Below, piece by piece: positions 1 through 35,182 of a stretch of 64,000 nucleotides of DNA. This stretch comes from Chrysomallon squamiferum (lineage: Eukaryota; Animalia; Mollusca), in contig CM022667.1 in NCBI GenBank assembly GCA_012295275.1, forward strand, positions 19,344,001 to 19,408,000, written 5' to 3'. The notes beneath the pieces are model-generated. The model was not told the origin of the DNA. It was given only the letters and a program-made list of their open reading frames with translations, and ran no database searches. Each line of letters begins with the position of its first letter. Positions within the stretch are counted from its first letter, which is position 1. Made by a program: the position numbers and the translations under genes.

Positions 1-85
1 CTAGTTCACCGTCTCCAGTAGCAACCGTTATAAGCGTACACATAACAACCAGTGTAATTACACAAAATCTGCATCTCGTCGCCAT
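1..85 (-). CDS. Partial first exon encoding a signal peptide (MATRCRFCVITLVVMCTLITVATGDGEL...), runs off the window; probable leader exon of the next secreted-protein gene
   Basis: ATG at 85-83 and an open frame to base 1. Basic n-region, hydrophobic h-region and a plausible A-T-G|D cleavage site. Not in the ORF track. Confidence 0.6.
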   Translation of the reverse strand, partial: MATRCRFCVITLVVMCTLITVATGDGEL

Positions 86-1185
86 AGTAACGATTTACCG
101 TCCTTTTTCTTTCAGTCACTCCTCCTAATTTGTTCAGATTTCTCTATTCAAATATCTTTTAGCTTGATAATAATTTATTTTTAATTGAGGAAGTAACTAT
201 ATATTTCTGCCAATGATATTTGTTTCTTTCTGTATTTAAATTTCAAAAATAATTTTATTTTATTGTTGTTGGTTTTTTTTTTTTTTTTTTTTTATTATTT
301 TTTTTTAATTTGTTAGTTCTTTCTTTAATCTTGTTAATGAATTTTAAAATATGTATTTATTTATTTTAATGTGATTTAATTTTTAGATTCTTTTTTAAAT
401 GGAAATTTTACATCCGCTATAAACGTTATGTTAAATTATTAATTTCAAACCACAAATTCTCAAGATGCCAAAGTAAACGAAAAACGCCTTATGTGTTAAA
501 AAGAATCCAAATGTTTTTCTAAACAGCTTATTTCGTGTTAAATTATTTACATAGTCACGTTTAGGATGTTTAATGGGTAGCCTCCCAATATCATTACATG
601 TCATGACGTCACATAACAGGATTTATATGCTGCTAAATATAGAATAAAAAATTCATACATATTTTTATTCGTCAATCTGAGGGAAAAGCACTGTTTCATA
701 AAAGGGAGTTTACATGAATTCATGCATATGTTATATTTTTCTGTGTCATTATTAATCCATTAGCATAGTTATATATTTTAATGAACAGTGTATGTATTAT
801 GTACCGCTGTGAGGATCAGTTTAAATTCTGGCCTAGTTTTTAACGAATTCAGATATTGGTAATTATGTTCTGACTGATACTTTAACAAATTTCAGCATTT
901 TTAAAAGATAATAATAATAATAATAAAAAAAAATAATAATAATAGTAATAAAGCTCTTTAAAACTGTTAAAATGTGTTTTAAAAAATATGTGCATGTATA
1001 CCTGTGTGTATATATGTATGTATGTATGTGTGTCTGGGTGTGTGTGGGTCAGTCTGGATTAACGTCCAGTACAGTGCTGCTGAACTTATTTTACGATGAA
1101 GATGATGTTATGATGATGAAGTGTAATATGCTAATAATGATGACGGTGATAGAAGTACCAAGAGGAGAAGGAAGAGTAGGAAAAG

Positions 1186-2330
<1,145 letters not shown>

Positions 2331-2409
2331 GTTGTTGTAACAGTAGAAGTTGTTGTAACTGTAGCATATGATTTTGTTTGTATCTGCAGTAGCGAGATGA
2401 ATTACTTAC

Positions 2410-2650
2410 GGTAACTGAAGCTTGAAGTAAAACTTGCTTTGTTCACGCGAGCCGTCAGTTCTTGGCAGTCTAGGGACAAGTAAAGCTGCCACACCCAGAA
2501 ACTCCACTCAGGCCTCACAAGACTCCTCTTAAACCGAATGTCTAACCTTTCATCTGAATGTTTCAGCTGAACGTTAAAAGATGAACATAATTCGAGAAAC
2601 AGGAGCCCACTGAAAATAAATACCTTTACACAATGTTTCATATGAACCAT
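2410..2650 (-). CDS. Leader exon C: signal peptide + RFKR pro-site + 32-aa W/C/F segment; paralog of the protease leader exons, with its downstream exons outside the window
   Basis: MVHMKHCVKVFIFSGLLFLELCSS-FNVQLKHSDERLDIRFKR-SLVRPE-WSFWVWQLYLSLDCQELTARVNKASFTSSFSY, then C|GTAAGT (241 nt, phase 1). Aligns without gaps to the exons at 19114-19333 and 23785-24016. Confidence 0.8.
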
Positions 2651-3917
2651 TTTGATAATTTAATAATATATTTCTTTGTCCTTTCTTTGTTTTTGTTTTT
2701 TTCAGTCTTAAAGAAAAAATGTTCAGTTTTTGGTTCCTTTGGTAACTGACTGTAACAAATTAATGTGTACACCGCAAAGAACGACGCGAGAATTAATTCT
2801 GAAGTTAGGAAACCCGTTTAAGTTTGATTAAAGACCCGCCTTCCATTTTAGTTGTGTTTGTTTTATCCATTTCACTTCTCAGTGTGGATTTAGTCGAGAA
2901 AAATGGTTTTATGATCAGTAAATATGAACTGATAAAAAGGTTCTTATTTCAACAATGAATAAACGAATTTTTAGCGACATATTAACACATCCTCCTGTTT
3001 TTTTTTTTTTTTTTTTTAACAGTTTTGTGATGTTACAACACGATTACGATAAACGAAATCTAAAACTGTCAATACTTGAGTTTTATTATTTTATTTCTTT
3101 ATTTTTATTACTTTTAGCAACAAGAGATCATTTATAGTACCTTCATCTAAACACGAGAAAATGTTATGGCCACTGAAAAGGACTGATGAGGATTGATCTC
3201 GAAATCCTTCACAGTTCAAGCCAGCAGTGAAGACATTTAGCAGCTACTCTCTATAAATAATGATAATAATAACAATAACAATAACAATAACAATAATAAT
3301 AATAATAATAATAATTAGTAGTAGTAGTAGTAGTAGTGGTAACAATAATAATAATAACAGTAATAGTAATAATAACAAAAATAATAATAATATTAGTAAT
3401 AATAATAATAACAAGAGTATTAATAACAAAAATAATAATGATAGTAGTGATAATAATAACAACAATAATAATAATAATAATAAAATTAAATTTAATCTGT
3501 GATTCTTAGTTCTTCTTCATCTTCTCAGGTATGCTGGGGGGATTGAATCAGTTTAAAATATTTTATTGCTGCTTATTTGTTTTTATCCATTTTTCAGAAT
3601 TTTCTTTTACAGACAATGACATCTATAACCAGTATTCCATATGAACTTATTTTAGCGAATTGTTTTGACCTGTTCAAATTTAGTGTAAAAAGTCATTTTA
3701 AATTACTGTTGAAGTTGAAGTTAAGATTACCGTGTTCTTAACAAACCATTCGTATTTGGAAATATATTTACCATAGTATTTCATTCTCAGAATGATTTTC
3801 TTTAGCTTTTAATAGGTACCATGTATTTAAACTTTTTTCAGAGTGCTGCTGCGTCTTTAAATCAGCACCATCATCACTACTACTACTCTATCAACATCAT
3901 CATCATCATCATCATCA

Positions 3918-3949
<32 letters not shown>

Positions 3950-4922
3950 TTTTTTTTTTTTTTTAATGAAAATTCAGATTCGAGTGTAACTTTTAATATT
4001 TAGGCCTTTAATCTTTAAAAGTATAAAATCGCTTTTGGGTCATTTTTAAATTAAAAATCTCTTATTCGGTTATTTTTTTTTTTTAATTAACAAATCTTTT
4101 TACTGCGTTATTTTTAAAATTAAGAAACCTTTATAAATAAAAACAGCTACGTATTTGCACTTCTTTCTCTACCTGACATTGATTTATTTGTTTACTTACA
4201 CCTGACAGCCAGGTAAATAACAGTGTTTTACAGTATTCAAACATCGATTGTGCATATTTGAACAACATGAATACGACTACACAAAGGATAAATGTTCAGT
4301 CATCTACATTTGTACATTTTCTCAAGTGTCAAACACTGGTGTATTTCTTTTTAAACAGGTTTGTAGATTTCGTGCGCAGACGCACAACTTAATTCCCTCA
4401 CTGTTGATCCTCAGTCTCTTACGCGATGTCTATTTTTAGTTTTTCTATCTAGATAATCACGCGCACGCACATACACACACATACTTAAGCGTAAAACAAA
4501 CACATACGAAGTGAAAAACGAACACAACAGTGAATAAATAAAGGCAGAGTACACGTTGGAACGTGAAATGAAAGAGCAACAGATTTAAAAAAAAAAATTA
4601 CACTGAAGAAAAGATTGGTGTTATGAATGGTGCACACAAAAAGTATATTTATGTGATACGTATGTATGTTACTATAACAATCAAACACCTTGACACACTA
4701 ACCTACATTACTTTTCAGCAGTTTTTATAAAAACATGCATTTAATTATACTCTTTTAATACAATGACATCTAATTTCAAACTCAAAACTATCTCTCTCTT
4801 TTTTTTTTTTTTTTTTTTTACTCTTTTTATTCTCAGTTTGTTTTAAACCGTAGCTTGCATCATAAACAACAAGAACACAAACAGTCGCTCGTGAATAACA
4901 CCTTTTGCTTTTATTTAAGAAA

Positions 4923-4958
<36 letters not shown>

Positions 4959-4986
4959 GTTTTGATTAACAATTAAGAGATTAACG

Positions 4987-24016
<19,030 letters not shown>

Positions 24017-24655
24017 TATTTAAAACTTAAAATTTCCAAAAAACAAAAAGGAGATAAAAATATAATTAACGTTTATGAATAAGAAAAGTTCATACAGTTT
24101 TTCTCTTATTTTCGGTTACCGTTCGTTGAAATAACTAACAATGAACATAAAGACGTAAGTACTTTAATTAATCGTCAAAAGACTCCGTACAGAGTCGAAT
24201 TAGATGTGGCACTTCGAGCTGTCTATGAGCAAAGCAAAATACACTCGTTAAAAATGCTTGAAAGTGCACTAAAACATCAACGTCCTTTTGTATAAAATTG
24301 TGTGCTTTTTCTTCTTCTTCTTTTTCTTTAAAAAGAAATTTTAAAAAAAAAAAAGATAGTTAGAAATGGGAATTAACTTTCAAACGCAGTTTTTTATTTG
24401 TTCGTCTGCGTCGCGCGTACTGTTCCTAGACACGAGCTTTTGCAATAGGGATTGACTGGTGTTTTGCATTCACAATGGCCTGTGCTGGGTACATAGTTAG
24501 GCGCATCATTTAATTGACTCGCAACAAATACTCGTAAGAAAAATAAATAGTGATTAAAACGCGTTTCTTGAAGGCTTCACTACTGTCAGCGTCTGTGGGG
24601 ACAGGTTTTTTGTTGTCCTGGTGTTACCAGACCCCGTAATATTAACATGACCAAC

Positions 24656-24745
<90 letters not shown>

Positions 24746-25069
24746 TTTAATTTTGTGACTGTTCGTTTTTCAGAAGCAAAGAAAAATTTACAAAAATTGT
24801 TGTTGTTGTTGCTACTGCTGTATTACACTTTGTTTTTGTTTTATTTTGTTTTGTTTTTGTTTTGTTTGTATTTTTTGTTTCTGTTTTTTTTTATTTTTTT
24901 TTTTTATTTTTTTTTATTTTTTTATTTTGTTGTGTTTTAATTTTACAGAAAGTTACTTGATGATAATTTCAGTGACAGTCGGAAATTAGTTTACCAGTAT
25001 AAAATATTTTTTATTTACTGAATTTAAAACAACACCGCATGTTAAACAATACAGTTCCCTTATAACGTC

Positions 25070-25480
25070 TATCATAGAAATGACTATCCTTACTTTAATA
25101 TTCATTATTTTAAACTAAGGAGGTACACACAGGTAACCATGTATTTTCTAAAACGTATAACATAGAAATGACTAAGCCTTACTTTAATATTCATTATTTT
25201 AAAGTAGGAGGTACACACAGGTAATCTCATGTTTTCTAATACGTATAACACAGAAATGACTAAGCTTTACTTTAATTTTCATTATTTTAAAGTAGGAGGT
25301 ACACACAGGTAACTCATGTTTTCTAATACGTATAACACAGAAATGACTAAGCTTTACTTTAATATTCATTATTTTAAAGTAGTAGGTACAGACAGGTAAC
25401 CTCGTGTTTTCTAATACGAATAACACAGAAATGACTAAGCCTTACTTTAAAATTCAAGGTAATCTTGTGTTTTCTAATGA
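25070..25480. repeat. ~87-bp tandem repeat, ~4.5 copies
   Basis: Recurrent AGAAATGACTAAGCTTTACTTTAATATTCATTATTTTAAAGTAGGAGGTACACACAGGTAAC... Confidence 0.9.
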
Positions 25481-25675
25481 TTCAAGGGGGCACACATTTC
25501 CACAAAGACTAATGAGGTTTCTTATTACAAGCAGACTGAATGAACGGGTAGCGAGGTCTGTACTTGAAAACAGGTTGAAATAACCGAGTGATTAGTATTA
25601 CCGTCAGGTGTTCTCACCTTTGATGTTCGTACACAGAAATGGTAAATATACAGACCACTTGAACTGACCGCTACT

Positions 25676-26010
25676 CGATTTTAATTACACAAACTTTCCC
25701 GTTTAACTCGATGTCGTTTTCATAGTAGTTGTACGCTCTGTGATTTTTATCTACGTAATAATTTTACATATTAGACAACTCATTAACAAAATTTGTATAT
25801 GTTATAAAATATTAATTTACATATTTACACATAATAATATTTATTTGCATAACTTGATTTTAATTACATAAACTTTCACATTTAACACGATGTCGTTTTC
25901 GTAATATTACGTTTTAATAATTTTACATGTTAGACAACTCATTAACAAAATGTTTGTGTTATAAGATATAACTTGCATAATTACACATAATAATATTGTT
26001 TATTCGCATG
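25676..26010. repeat. Diverged ~180-bp direct duplication
   Basis: TTTTAATTACAYAAACTTTC...CGATGTCGTTTTC...TTAGACAACTCATTAACAAAAT occurs twice. Confidence 0.7.
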
Positions 26011-26292
26011 AAAATTGTTCTAGTTGCATAGAAACAGTAACATTAGTTACGATATCTAATTAACATAAACTGTACATATCACACTATGTTACATAATTAT
26101 ACATTATACTATTTATTTTCATAATAATTTTACTAATTACACAATCTCATTATTAAATTGTTTTTGTAAAACTTAAAATTCGTGTTGCATGATCTGAATA
26201 CTTTACATAGCAATCTTATACGTTGCACGATTATATTACCGAAGGTTTCAAAAGTTTTATACAGTAAAAACAAAATAAATCTTATGTTAGGA

Positions 26293-26877
26293 CAGTGGTT
26301 CTCAAAGGGTGTGCCCGAGCGCACCAATTCGAAACGAGTTTTGGCTGAGAAGCAAGCGCGGCTCAGTGAACATCTCTCACACAAGGGCGGTAACTCTAAA
26401 TATATCAGTGAACATTTCTCACAAGGACGGTAACTGTAAACACATCAGTGAACATCTCTCACACAACGATGGTAACTAATATATCAGTGAACATCTCTCA
26501 CATAAGAACGGTAACTAAATATATTAGTGAACATCTCTCACACAAGGGCGGTAACTCTAAATATATCAGTGAACATCTGTCATACAAAGGCGGTAACTCT
26601 AAATATATCAGTGAACATCTCTCACAGAAGAAAAACAAGCGATACAGATTCCAGTCGAGAACCGTTTATACGCGAAATGAAGAAGAATCTGACATAGATG
26701 TAGACAATGAGGATAGACAACCTCAGCAGCCTGCTCTGCAACCGATTCAGTCGCAATATACTTCTTTATTTTTTTTACATTTTACATTATATTTCTTAGC
26801 ATTTTGTGTGTAGTGTGCCCGCAATTTTTTGTAAGGCTTCAAGTGTGCCCCGACTTCAAAAAGTTTGAGAACCACCG
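26293..26877. mobile_element. Non-autonomous hAT (Buster/Charlie-type) element carrying an internal ~40-bp tandem repeat
   Basis: TIRs CAGTGGTTCTCAAA / TTTGAGAACCACCG and an 8-bp TSD TGTTAGGA/TATTAGGA with central TA. Internal array at 26365-26625 of CAGTGAACATCTCTCACACAAGGGCGGTAACTCTAAATATAT. Confidence 0.88.
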
Positions 26878-27253
26878 TATTAGGATGACACGATCACATT
26901 AACAAAAGTATTAATTGTTTCATGATTTCATTTACATAAGCTTTACACGTTACGCTACTAGACAGTATTTGCATAAAAGTGTGCGACTTCATTTGCAACA
27001 AAATGTTACATCTTACACACTATAAATTATATGATTTAATTAGAATTTTCCACCTTAATTATATTCTTTATTAAAGCAGAAGACGACTAGGAAGAGGAAG
27101 AAAAGCAGTTTTAGCCCTACAAAAAAATCGCGTTTTCTGACGTCACTGAATCACGTGACCAAGCTGCAAGCATTAATTTTTATTCCATGATGTTTATTAT
27201 TCTGGTGCGTCATTTTACAAATATACAAATTATCGTTGGTGTTTTTATTATTA

Positions 27254-27300
<47 letters not shown>

Positions 27301-29860
27301 AATAAACCAAACAACAACAAAAACAAACAAAAAAAACAAAACAAATTATCATAATTATTAGTCTAAAATAAATAAAAATATAACTTTCTTGAGCATTTGA
27401 TAAAATGTACAACGAACTCGACTCCTCCCTGGCAGTGTGAACTGTTTATAGAGGCGGTCACGACTCTGTCAGGTGGTCTGTTTACTCAGTTTTTTGTTGT
27501 TGATACGCGAACAGACGTACCCAGTGTTCAATTCAATTCTCAGTGGCAGCATGACATACTGAAACTTGACACACACAAACTTGACACACACATTTCTGAG
27601 TCAATACGTCTCTTGTAAGAGATGAAGATCCAGAGTTATATCAAAAACATCGGTTCATTGGACAGACAAAACAAGGCTACACACACACACACACACACTT
27701 TGTATATATAAAACACTGATAAAGTAAATTTTTCAGACGTAACGTTTAGAATAGTTCCCATATTTGGTCACATGACGTTTACGCCGTATATAACGATGTG
27801 ATATGAAATATAGAAATATCCCACAAATACAAACAAACTCAGACACGGAAACAAATGCACATATCCTGTATCCTGTTTCATGTCGTGACACAAGGATTTA
27901 AAAAAACAAAAACAAAAAAACTTAAATATATTTACCTGCTGATTCATATACTAGTACAAACACGTCTAGATCCGCCTTTATGTTGGTTATTTTTAGACAC
28001 TAGAAAAGACTGGATAGAAAAAAATATATTTATCTACAGTTTTTATTTTAAAGCGCATCTTTGATGACAGGAAGAAATAGTCTAAATGTATTCTACATTT
28101 TTCCAAGTTGTGTTTCTTTTTCCTAGTAAATGAATAGTTAAAAAGTATTTGGACGCCGCCATTTAACTGATCGTGACGTCATCGAGTACAAGGTAGACTG
28201 ATCTGTTTAGGTTTCTTCAAGCACTGGAAAAATGCCATTCAGTCCTATATTACTGCAACTACTATTATTATAACTACTACTACTACTACTACTACTAATA
28301 TAATATATGTGTTGTAATCAAACCACAGTATATAATAACAAACTAGTAATTATTATTTCTGTTTTTTATTTTGTATATTTCGTCAAAAGTGTTTATTTTT
28401 TGTCTTGTAGATTTAACACGTCAGAAGAAATAAAAAAGTTTAAAAACAAATTAAAAAGATATATAATCCATTCACTAGCTAAAATAATCAGCATCTAAAA
28501 AATAAGAAAACATGCTACATACACACACACACACTCACACACATATACACACAGATACACACAATTCTAGACACATCTATATAATATAATATCACAGCTT
28601 GTAATTATCAAAGTTAATATTTTAAAACTAAAAGACCAATGATAAAAAGATTTAAAATTTAATGAGCGACGACAACATTTTTTAATCTGTTATATACATA
28701 CATACACACATTGTTACACATAAACATATGTTCATACTGACACACACAAACACACATTTACAGACCACACACATACATATATTGTACATAACCACAAATA
28801 CATATATACATACATATGTACCTATATACAAATACATATCTATATATATACACATACAAATTACACACAGGCATATAACAACGTATATAAACACATCTAT
28901 ACAACACAACATTCAGCAAGTTTGGTTGATGTAAAATATCACAGCTGGTGCTTATCACAGTTGCTAATATTTTAAAACGTAATGAACAAGTATGTGTCCA
29001 GTTGTATTTTTGGGTCGTCTGGAAGTCATCTTTAATTTTAAATTTCTTGTTTACTCTTGATTAGTTGAGTTAGTTACTATTATTTATTATTTTATTTATT
29101 TATTTATTTATTTATTTTAAAAAATTTAATTTGTTTTTTGTTGTTTTGTTTTGTTGTTAGAAGGGTTTAAAGACATTGGAAAAATGTTAAATATTTCTAG
29201 TCGTTCAAATTTGTCCTTATTTTGGTAAAATATAAAGATTTCTATTTAATTTTAAATTCTTAATTCTTATTATTATTGCTTTTATTATTCGTTTTTACTT
29301 GTCATCTCAGTCATTTATATAATAAATGCAAATATCAATGCAGAATGTATTTGTAAACATTTGGTAATAACCTGTATCATTCAACAATCAAAGAAGAAAA
29401 CAACACAAAAACAACACAAAGTTGACAAAACATGCATAATCCTTTAATGTAAAACACAGAGAAACAAAAAACACAGAGCAGAATAAAACAAGGAAACTTC
29501 TGAAAAAGAAAAACGAGAAATTATTTCTTTAACTGAGATGTTATGAAAAAGAGTTTTTGTTCCACTTGCAAAAAAATGATCCAAATGGAATGATGAAATT
29601 TTGTAATTGTTTTTGGCAAAAATAATAATAATAATCATAATAAAAATTTAGATTACGATAAGATACACACAAATATAGACACAAAAATAAATAGATGTGA
29701 ATACATAAGTGTGTCTACCTAAAGTACATGAACTCTTTAAAAAACATAATACATCTATGCAAATGTACACACACACTCATACACAAACATAAAGATACAC
29801 ACACACATACATATACACTTATACACAAATATAAAGACACATACACACACACAAACCATA

Positions 29861-29911
<51 letters not shown>

Positions 29912-30129
29912 ATATTACTTTCCTTGATAAAAAAAAAAAAAAAAAAAAAAATGTTTCAGTCTCTATGTGCATGTAACCCGCATTTGTTAAAACGATAAAA
30001 TATAAACACAACAGTGTACACACAAACTTAACTAACCCACACAAACTGAACTAATTCAAACATCTGTCAGTTCACTGTGTCTGTGGGGGTGTCTGTCTGT
30101 CTGTCTGTCACACACACACACACACACAT

Positions 30130-30566
30130 CTAACTGCATGGTGGGCAGGTGACAAGAGATCTGGCTGGAATGAAAAACTTCTGTGACGACCTCAGGGTGA
30201 TGAGAACAGAATCTTGGAATCTTCTGTCGTGTTTGTCGATGGCGCTGGGGAACGGGTTCATGTACTGGGTTTTCATTGGCAGGTTGATGAATCGAGTTAT
30301 CTTGAACAACTCTCCGTGCTGGTGCTGAACAAGGGGGTTAACTCCGGGCACCGAGTAATCTGAAAGAGATTGCTTTTCTGAAATAAATTTTTGAAAGGGT
30401 TAAACATTTTGTCGGGATCGGTAAATACATGCATAAAAAAAAATGAGTGAAGTTTTTTTTTTTTAAATCTTCTTCTTTATTTTTATGCAAACCCCAACTC
30501 TGGTTGTGAATGCTTTATTCCAGATATGTTCTTTTGAAATTATATTTAAAAAAAAAAAAAAAATTA

Positions 30567-30602
<36 letters not shown>

Positions 30603-30704
30603 AAAATAAAAAAAAAAAAAAAACAACAACAAAAATGTAAAATAAATAATATAATATAATTAAAAATATAATTTTAAAAATATTAAATTTAATTCAAATA
30701 ACAA

Positions 30705-30739
<35 letters not shown>

Positions 30740-33700
30740 CAACAATAACAAGAGCATGTAACAAATAAAGCAAAAACGAACACACAAGCAGTATAACAAA
30801 GTGAATGTGAAAGTAGAAGAGAAGAAGGATTACCAGTGCTGAGGTTAGTTTCTCTTTCTGCTCTACAACAGCTAGTGTGAGTGTCACCCAGACGGACCAG
30901 CGTGTTCTTACTGGAAACAAAAACAAAACACTTGATAACAAAACAACATAACAGTTCTATCTGATAAATTTATTACATAATTAATTGATTATAATACTGT
31001 ATTTTTAATTATCTCTTGTTTATTACAGATATTTGGACAGTTCAAAAAACTGTATTTGGAAAATCTCTTGTGACATAATACTGTTTGGCTACAAATAGCA
31101 TACTGTGAATTTACTGTTTTAAGTTATTATTATATGTTTTTTAAATCCTTTAAAGTATTCTGTTATAAAAAAAAAAAAAAAAAATAAAATTTGGAAAATA
31201 ACTGTATGTATTTAAAAAAAAATATATATATATATATATAGCATTTAAGTGCATTTACTCTTATGAATAGGCCAGTAAAGATACTGTATTTTATAAATCA
31301 TGTGTGGATTTACTGTCTTGTGTACTGGTCAATACAATACTGTATTGTACAATTTATTATTCATTGATTACATGATCAATAGGTTAAAAATGTAAGTACT
31401 ATATTTTAGAATAGAAGTCGACTTTTTAAACTACTGTATTTTAAAAACCTTGTCAGTACAAGAACATGTACTGTATTATAAAAAAATATCAATAATGTAT
31501 TTTTTTATAAACTGTTATTAAAAATAAACCTATTGTGGATTGTTCAATAAATTACTGTATTTAAAAAATCACCTAAAAACTAAATAAATAAATTTAAACT
31601 GTAGTGAATTTACTATTATGAAAAGGTCAGTACAGCTATTTCAAAAATCTATTTTTTATTATGTAATATAGTACACACATACTCTGCATTATGTAATGCA
31701 GTTGTGGAAATAGTAAAAATACAGTTTAAATATCAGCTTTGCATATTCTACAGAATATATTAAAAATATATACATACTGACTACTTAGTGTGATGGTCAG
31801 GGAAGTATATATATTTTTTTAAATCACAGTGTACGTACTGTGGAGGTTTAGGAAGTATATATATATATTTTTAAAATCACATGAGTAAGTACTTGAGGTT
31901 TAGGAAGTATATATATATATTTTTTTTAAATCACATGTGTACTACTGTGGAGGTTTAGGAAGTATATATATATCTTTTTAAATCACGTGTACATACTGTG
32001 GAGGTTTAGGAAGTATATATATCTTTTTAAATCACGTGTACGTACTGTGGAGGTTTAGGAAGTATATATATATATTTTAAATCACAGTGTACGTACTGTG
32101 GAGGTTTAGGAAGTATATATATTTTTATTTTTAAATCACATGTGTACGTACTGTGGAGGTTTAGGAAGTATATATATATTTTTAAATCACGTGTACGTAC
32201 TGTGGAGGTTTAGGAAGTATATATATATTTTTTAAATCACGTGTACATACTGTGGAGGTTTAGGAAGTATATATATATTTTTTAAATCACAGTGTATGTA
32301 CTGTGGAGGTTTAGGAAGTATATATATCTTTTTAAATCACATGTGTACTACTGTGGAGGTTTAGGAAGTATATATATCTTTTTAAATCACGTGTACGTAC
32401 TGTGGAGGTTTAGGAAGTATATATATATTTTTTAAATCACGTGTACATACTGTGGAGGTTTAGGAAGTATATATATATTTTTAAATCACAGTGTATGTAC
32501 TGTGGAGGTTTAGGAAGTATATATATATATATTTTTTTAAATCACAGTGTACATACTGTGGAGGTTTAGGAAGTATATATATTTTTAAATCACAGTGTAT
32601 GTACTGTGGAGGTTTAGGAAGGAGTATGTTGTGGAGATTTGGGAAGTATATATATATTTTTTAAATCACGTGTACATACTGTGGAGGTTTAGGAAGTATA
32701 TATATTTTTTAAATCACATGTGTACGTACTGTGGAGGTTTAGGAAGTATATATATTTTTAAATCACATGTATACATACTGTGGAGATTTGGGAAGTATAT
32801 ATATTTTTTAAATCACATGTATACATACTGTGGAGATTTGGGAAGTATATATATTTTTTAAATCACATGTATACATACTGTGGAGATTTGGGAAGTATAT
32901 ATATTTTTAAATCACGTGTACGTACTGTGGAGGTTTAGGAAGTATATATATTTTTTAAATCACATGTATACATACTGTGGAGATTTGGGAAGTATATATA
33001 TTTCTAAATCACATGTGTAAATACTGTGGAGGTTTAGGAAGTATATATATTTTTTAAATCACATTTGTACGTATTGTGGAGGTTTAGGAAGTATATATAT
33101 ATATTTTTTTTAAATCACATATGTACGTACTGTGGAGGTTTGGGCAGCACAAGGACAGTATTTTTGGGATACTTTGACTCATCCATCATTGCCTTTTCCT
33201 TGGATTCTGTTTTACGTCTCTTCAGCATCTCCAGATCTTTCTCCATCATCATCTCACAGAAATAGTTGATGATGTCAATGGAGGTGACATTGTCAGCTAC
33301 AGATGAATCTGGGACGCCATCCAGAGTAACTGAAAACAAATCAACTACACTCAGAACATCACTCAAAATATTACATATTAATATTACTCAAAATCGTAAT
33401 GAGTCTGCTCAAAGCATAATATTATGAACAATCTGTTAGCAAGTCTACTCAAGGTACTATTCAGTGTATAGCATTATTAACAATCTATTACTGAATTTAG
33501 TCAATGTGTTTTGGCAATTATTACCCAACTGATTGAAGATACTGTTGGATGAATCTCATTATTAACAATGTATTACTGAATATATTCAATGTATGATATT
33601 ACAATCTATTACCACTTCTACTAACTGTATTGTTCAATGTGTATTATTATTCTATATATATTATTATTAACAATCAGTAAGTAAATCTACTCAAGGTACT

Positions 33701-34472
33701 ACTCAATGCATAATACTAATAATAATGTATTACCAAATCTTCTCTATGTACCATTCCATGTATAAGATTATTAACAATCTATTACTGAATCTACTCAGAA
33801 TACTGTTCAGTGTGTATTATTATTAATATTCTATAAGTGAACCTACTCAAGGTACTGTTCAATGTATAACATTATTAATAATCCACTCAGTGTTCTGTTC
33901 TATGGTTTTTATTATTGATAATCACTTATCTACTCAGGATACTATTCATTGTGTGTATATTAATAATACATTAGATCTACTTGAGACACTACTCAATGTA
34001 CTACTCAATGTGTATTATTGTTAATAATTTATTAGTGAATTTACTCAAAATACTACTCAATGCATAATATTAAATATCTGTTACCAAATCTAATCAATGT
34101 TCTGTTCAATGTGTGTTATTATTAACAATCTGTTATTAAACCTATCAAAATAACATTCAGTGTATAATGGTAACAGTCTATTAATGAAAGTAGACAGTTT
34201 CGTGTTCGTTTCACAAACTCACCAGTCAAACTTGGACCAGGAATAACAGTAGCAGGTTCCACCCCTTCTCTGACAGCTTCAAACATTTCTTTCCTCTGTA
34301 ACACAAAATATCTAACTCTGAACATAGACAAATGTTAAACACAACAGAATAATAGTCTGAAACAAGTCTCAGACAGGACTTGCTTTTTAATTTAGTTATG
34401 AAGATTTGATTATAATAAATAAAATAAAATAAATAAATTGATTAATTAAATAATAATAAAAATAATAATAAC

Positions 34473-34503
<31 letters not shown>

Positions 34504-35148
34504 TCAATTACATTAAAAACAACAACAATAACAGCAACAATGGCAAGAATAATGATTAATTCATATACTCAGAATACAAAAATATGACTTCCAAACACAA
34601 ACATTTAAAAATATATTTTTATTTAAATTATAAAATAAAAAGAATGTGATAGAGAAACAGATGAAATTCAGTCACTTACTTTCTTCATGAGCTGATCTCG
34701 TGGCACTCTTCCGTGAACATTTTTACCTTTTTTTATTTGTTCAATGGTGTCTTTCATATGCATCATGTAAGAATCCTTCCACCTGAAACAAACATTTTCA
34801 CTCTTTAATATAACCTCTTTTTCCATCTGTGACATATATTGACGTTAACACATTTAGTACAGTTTCCAAAAGCTGAGGCTCAGTCATGAATATGTGTGTG
34901 TGTCTGTGTGTGTGTATATTTAGATGTGCATATCTTTTGAAAAGAAGCTTGTATTGTCTGCAAATATCTGTATGCATATATTTACACATGCACACACACA
35001 CACATGAAAGCAAGGTGCGAGTTTATATTTCCATTGTTTGTTTGACTGTATTTATATATCTATTAATGGATGTAGGTTTGTATATTGAAATATAAAGTGT
35101 ATGTATTTATGTATATGGTTACATATGTAAGTGAGGTGTGTGTATATG

Positions 35149-35182
<34 letters not shown>

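Noticed and set aside
4200-4260. T|GTAAGT donor that could mark another leader exon
   Set aside because: There is an in-frame stop ten codons upstream and no signal peptide. At most it is a non-coding exon.
26365-26813. Repetitive ORFs (ISEHLSHKGGNSKY) and a CRISPR-like appearance
   Set aside because: Head-to-tail minisatellite inside a MITE, with no unique spacers and no cas genes, in a eukaryotic context.
27130-28190. TGACGTCA, TCACGTGA and GCCGCCATTT motifs suggesting a promoter
   Set aside because: Short motifs with no transcript or gene that I can link to them from sequence alone.
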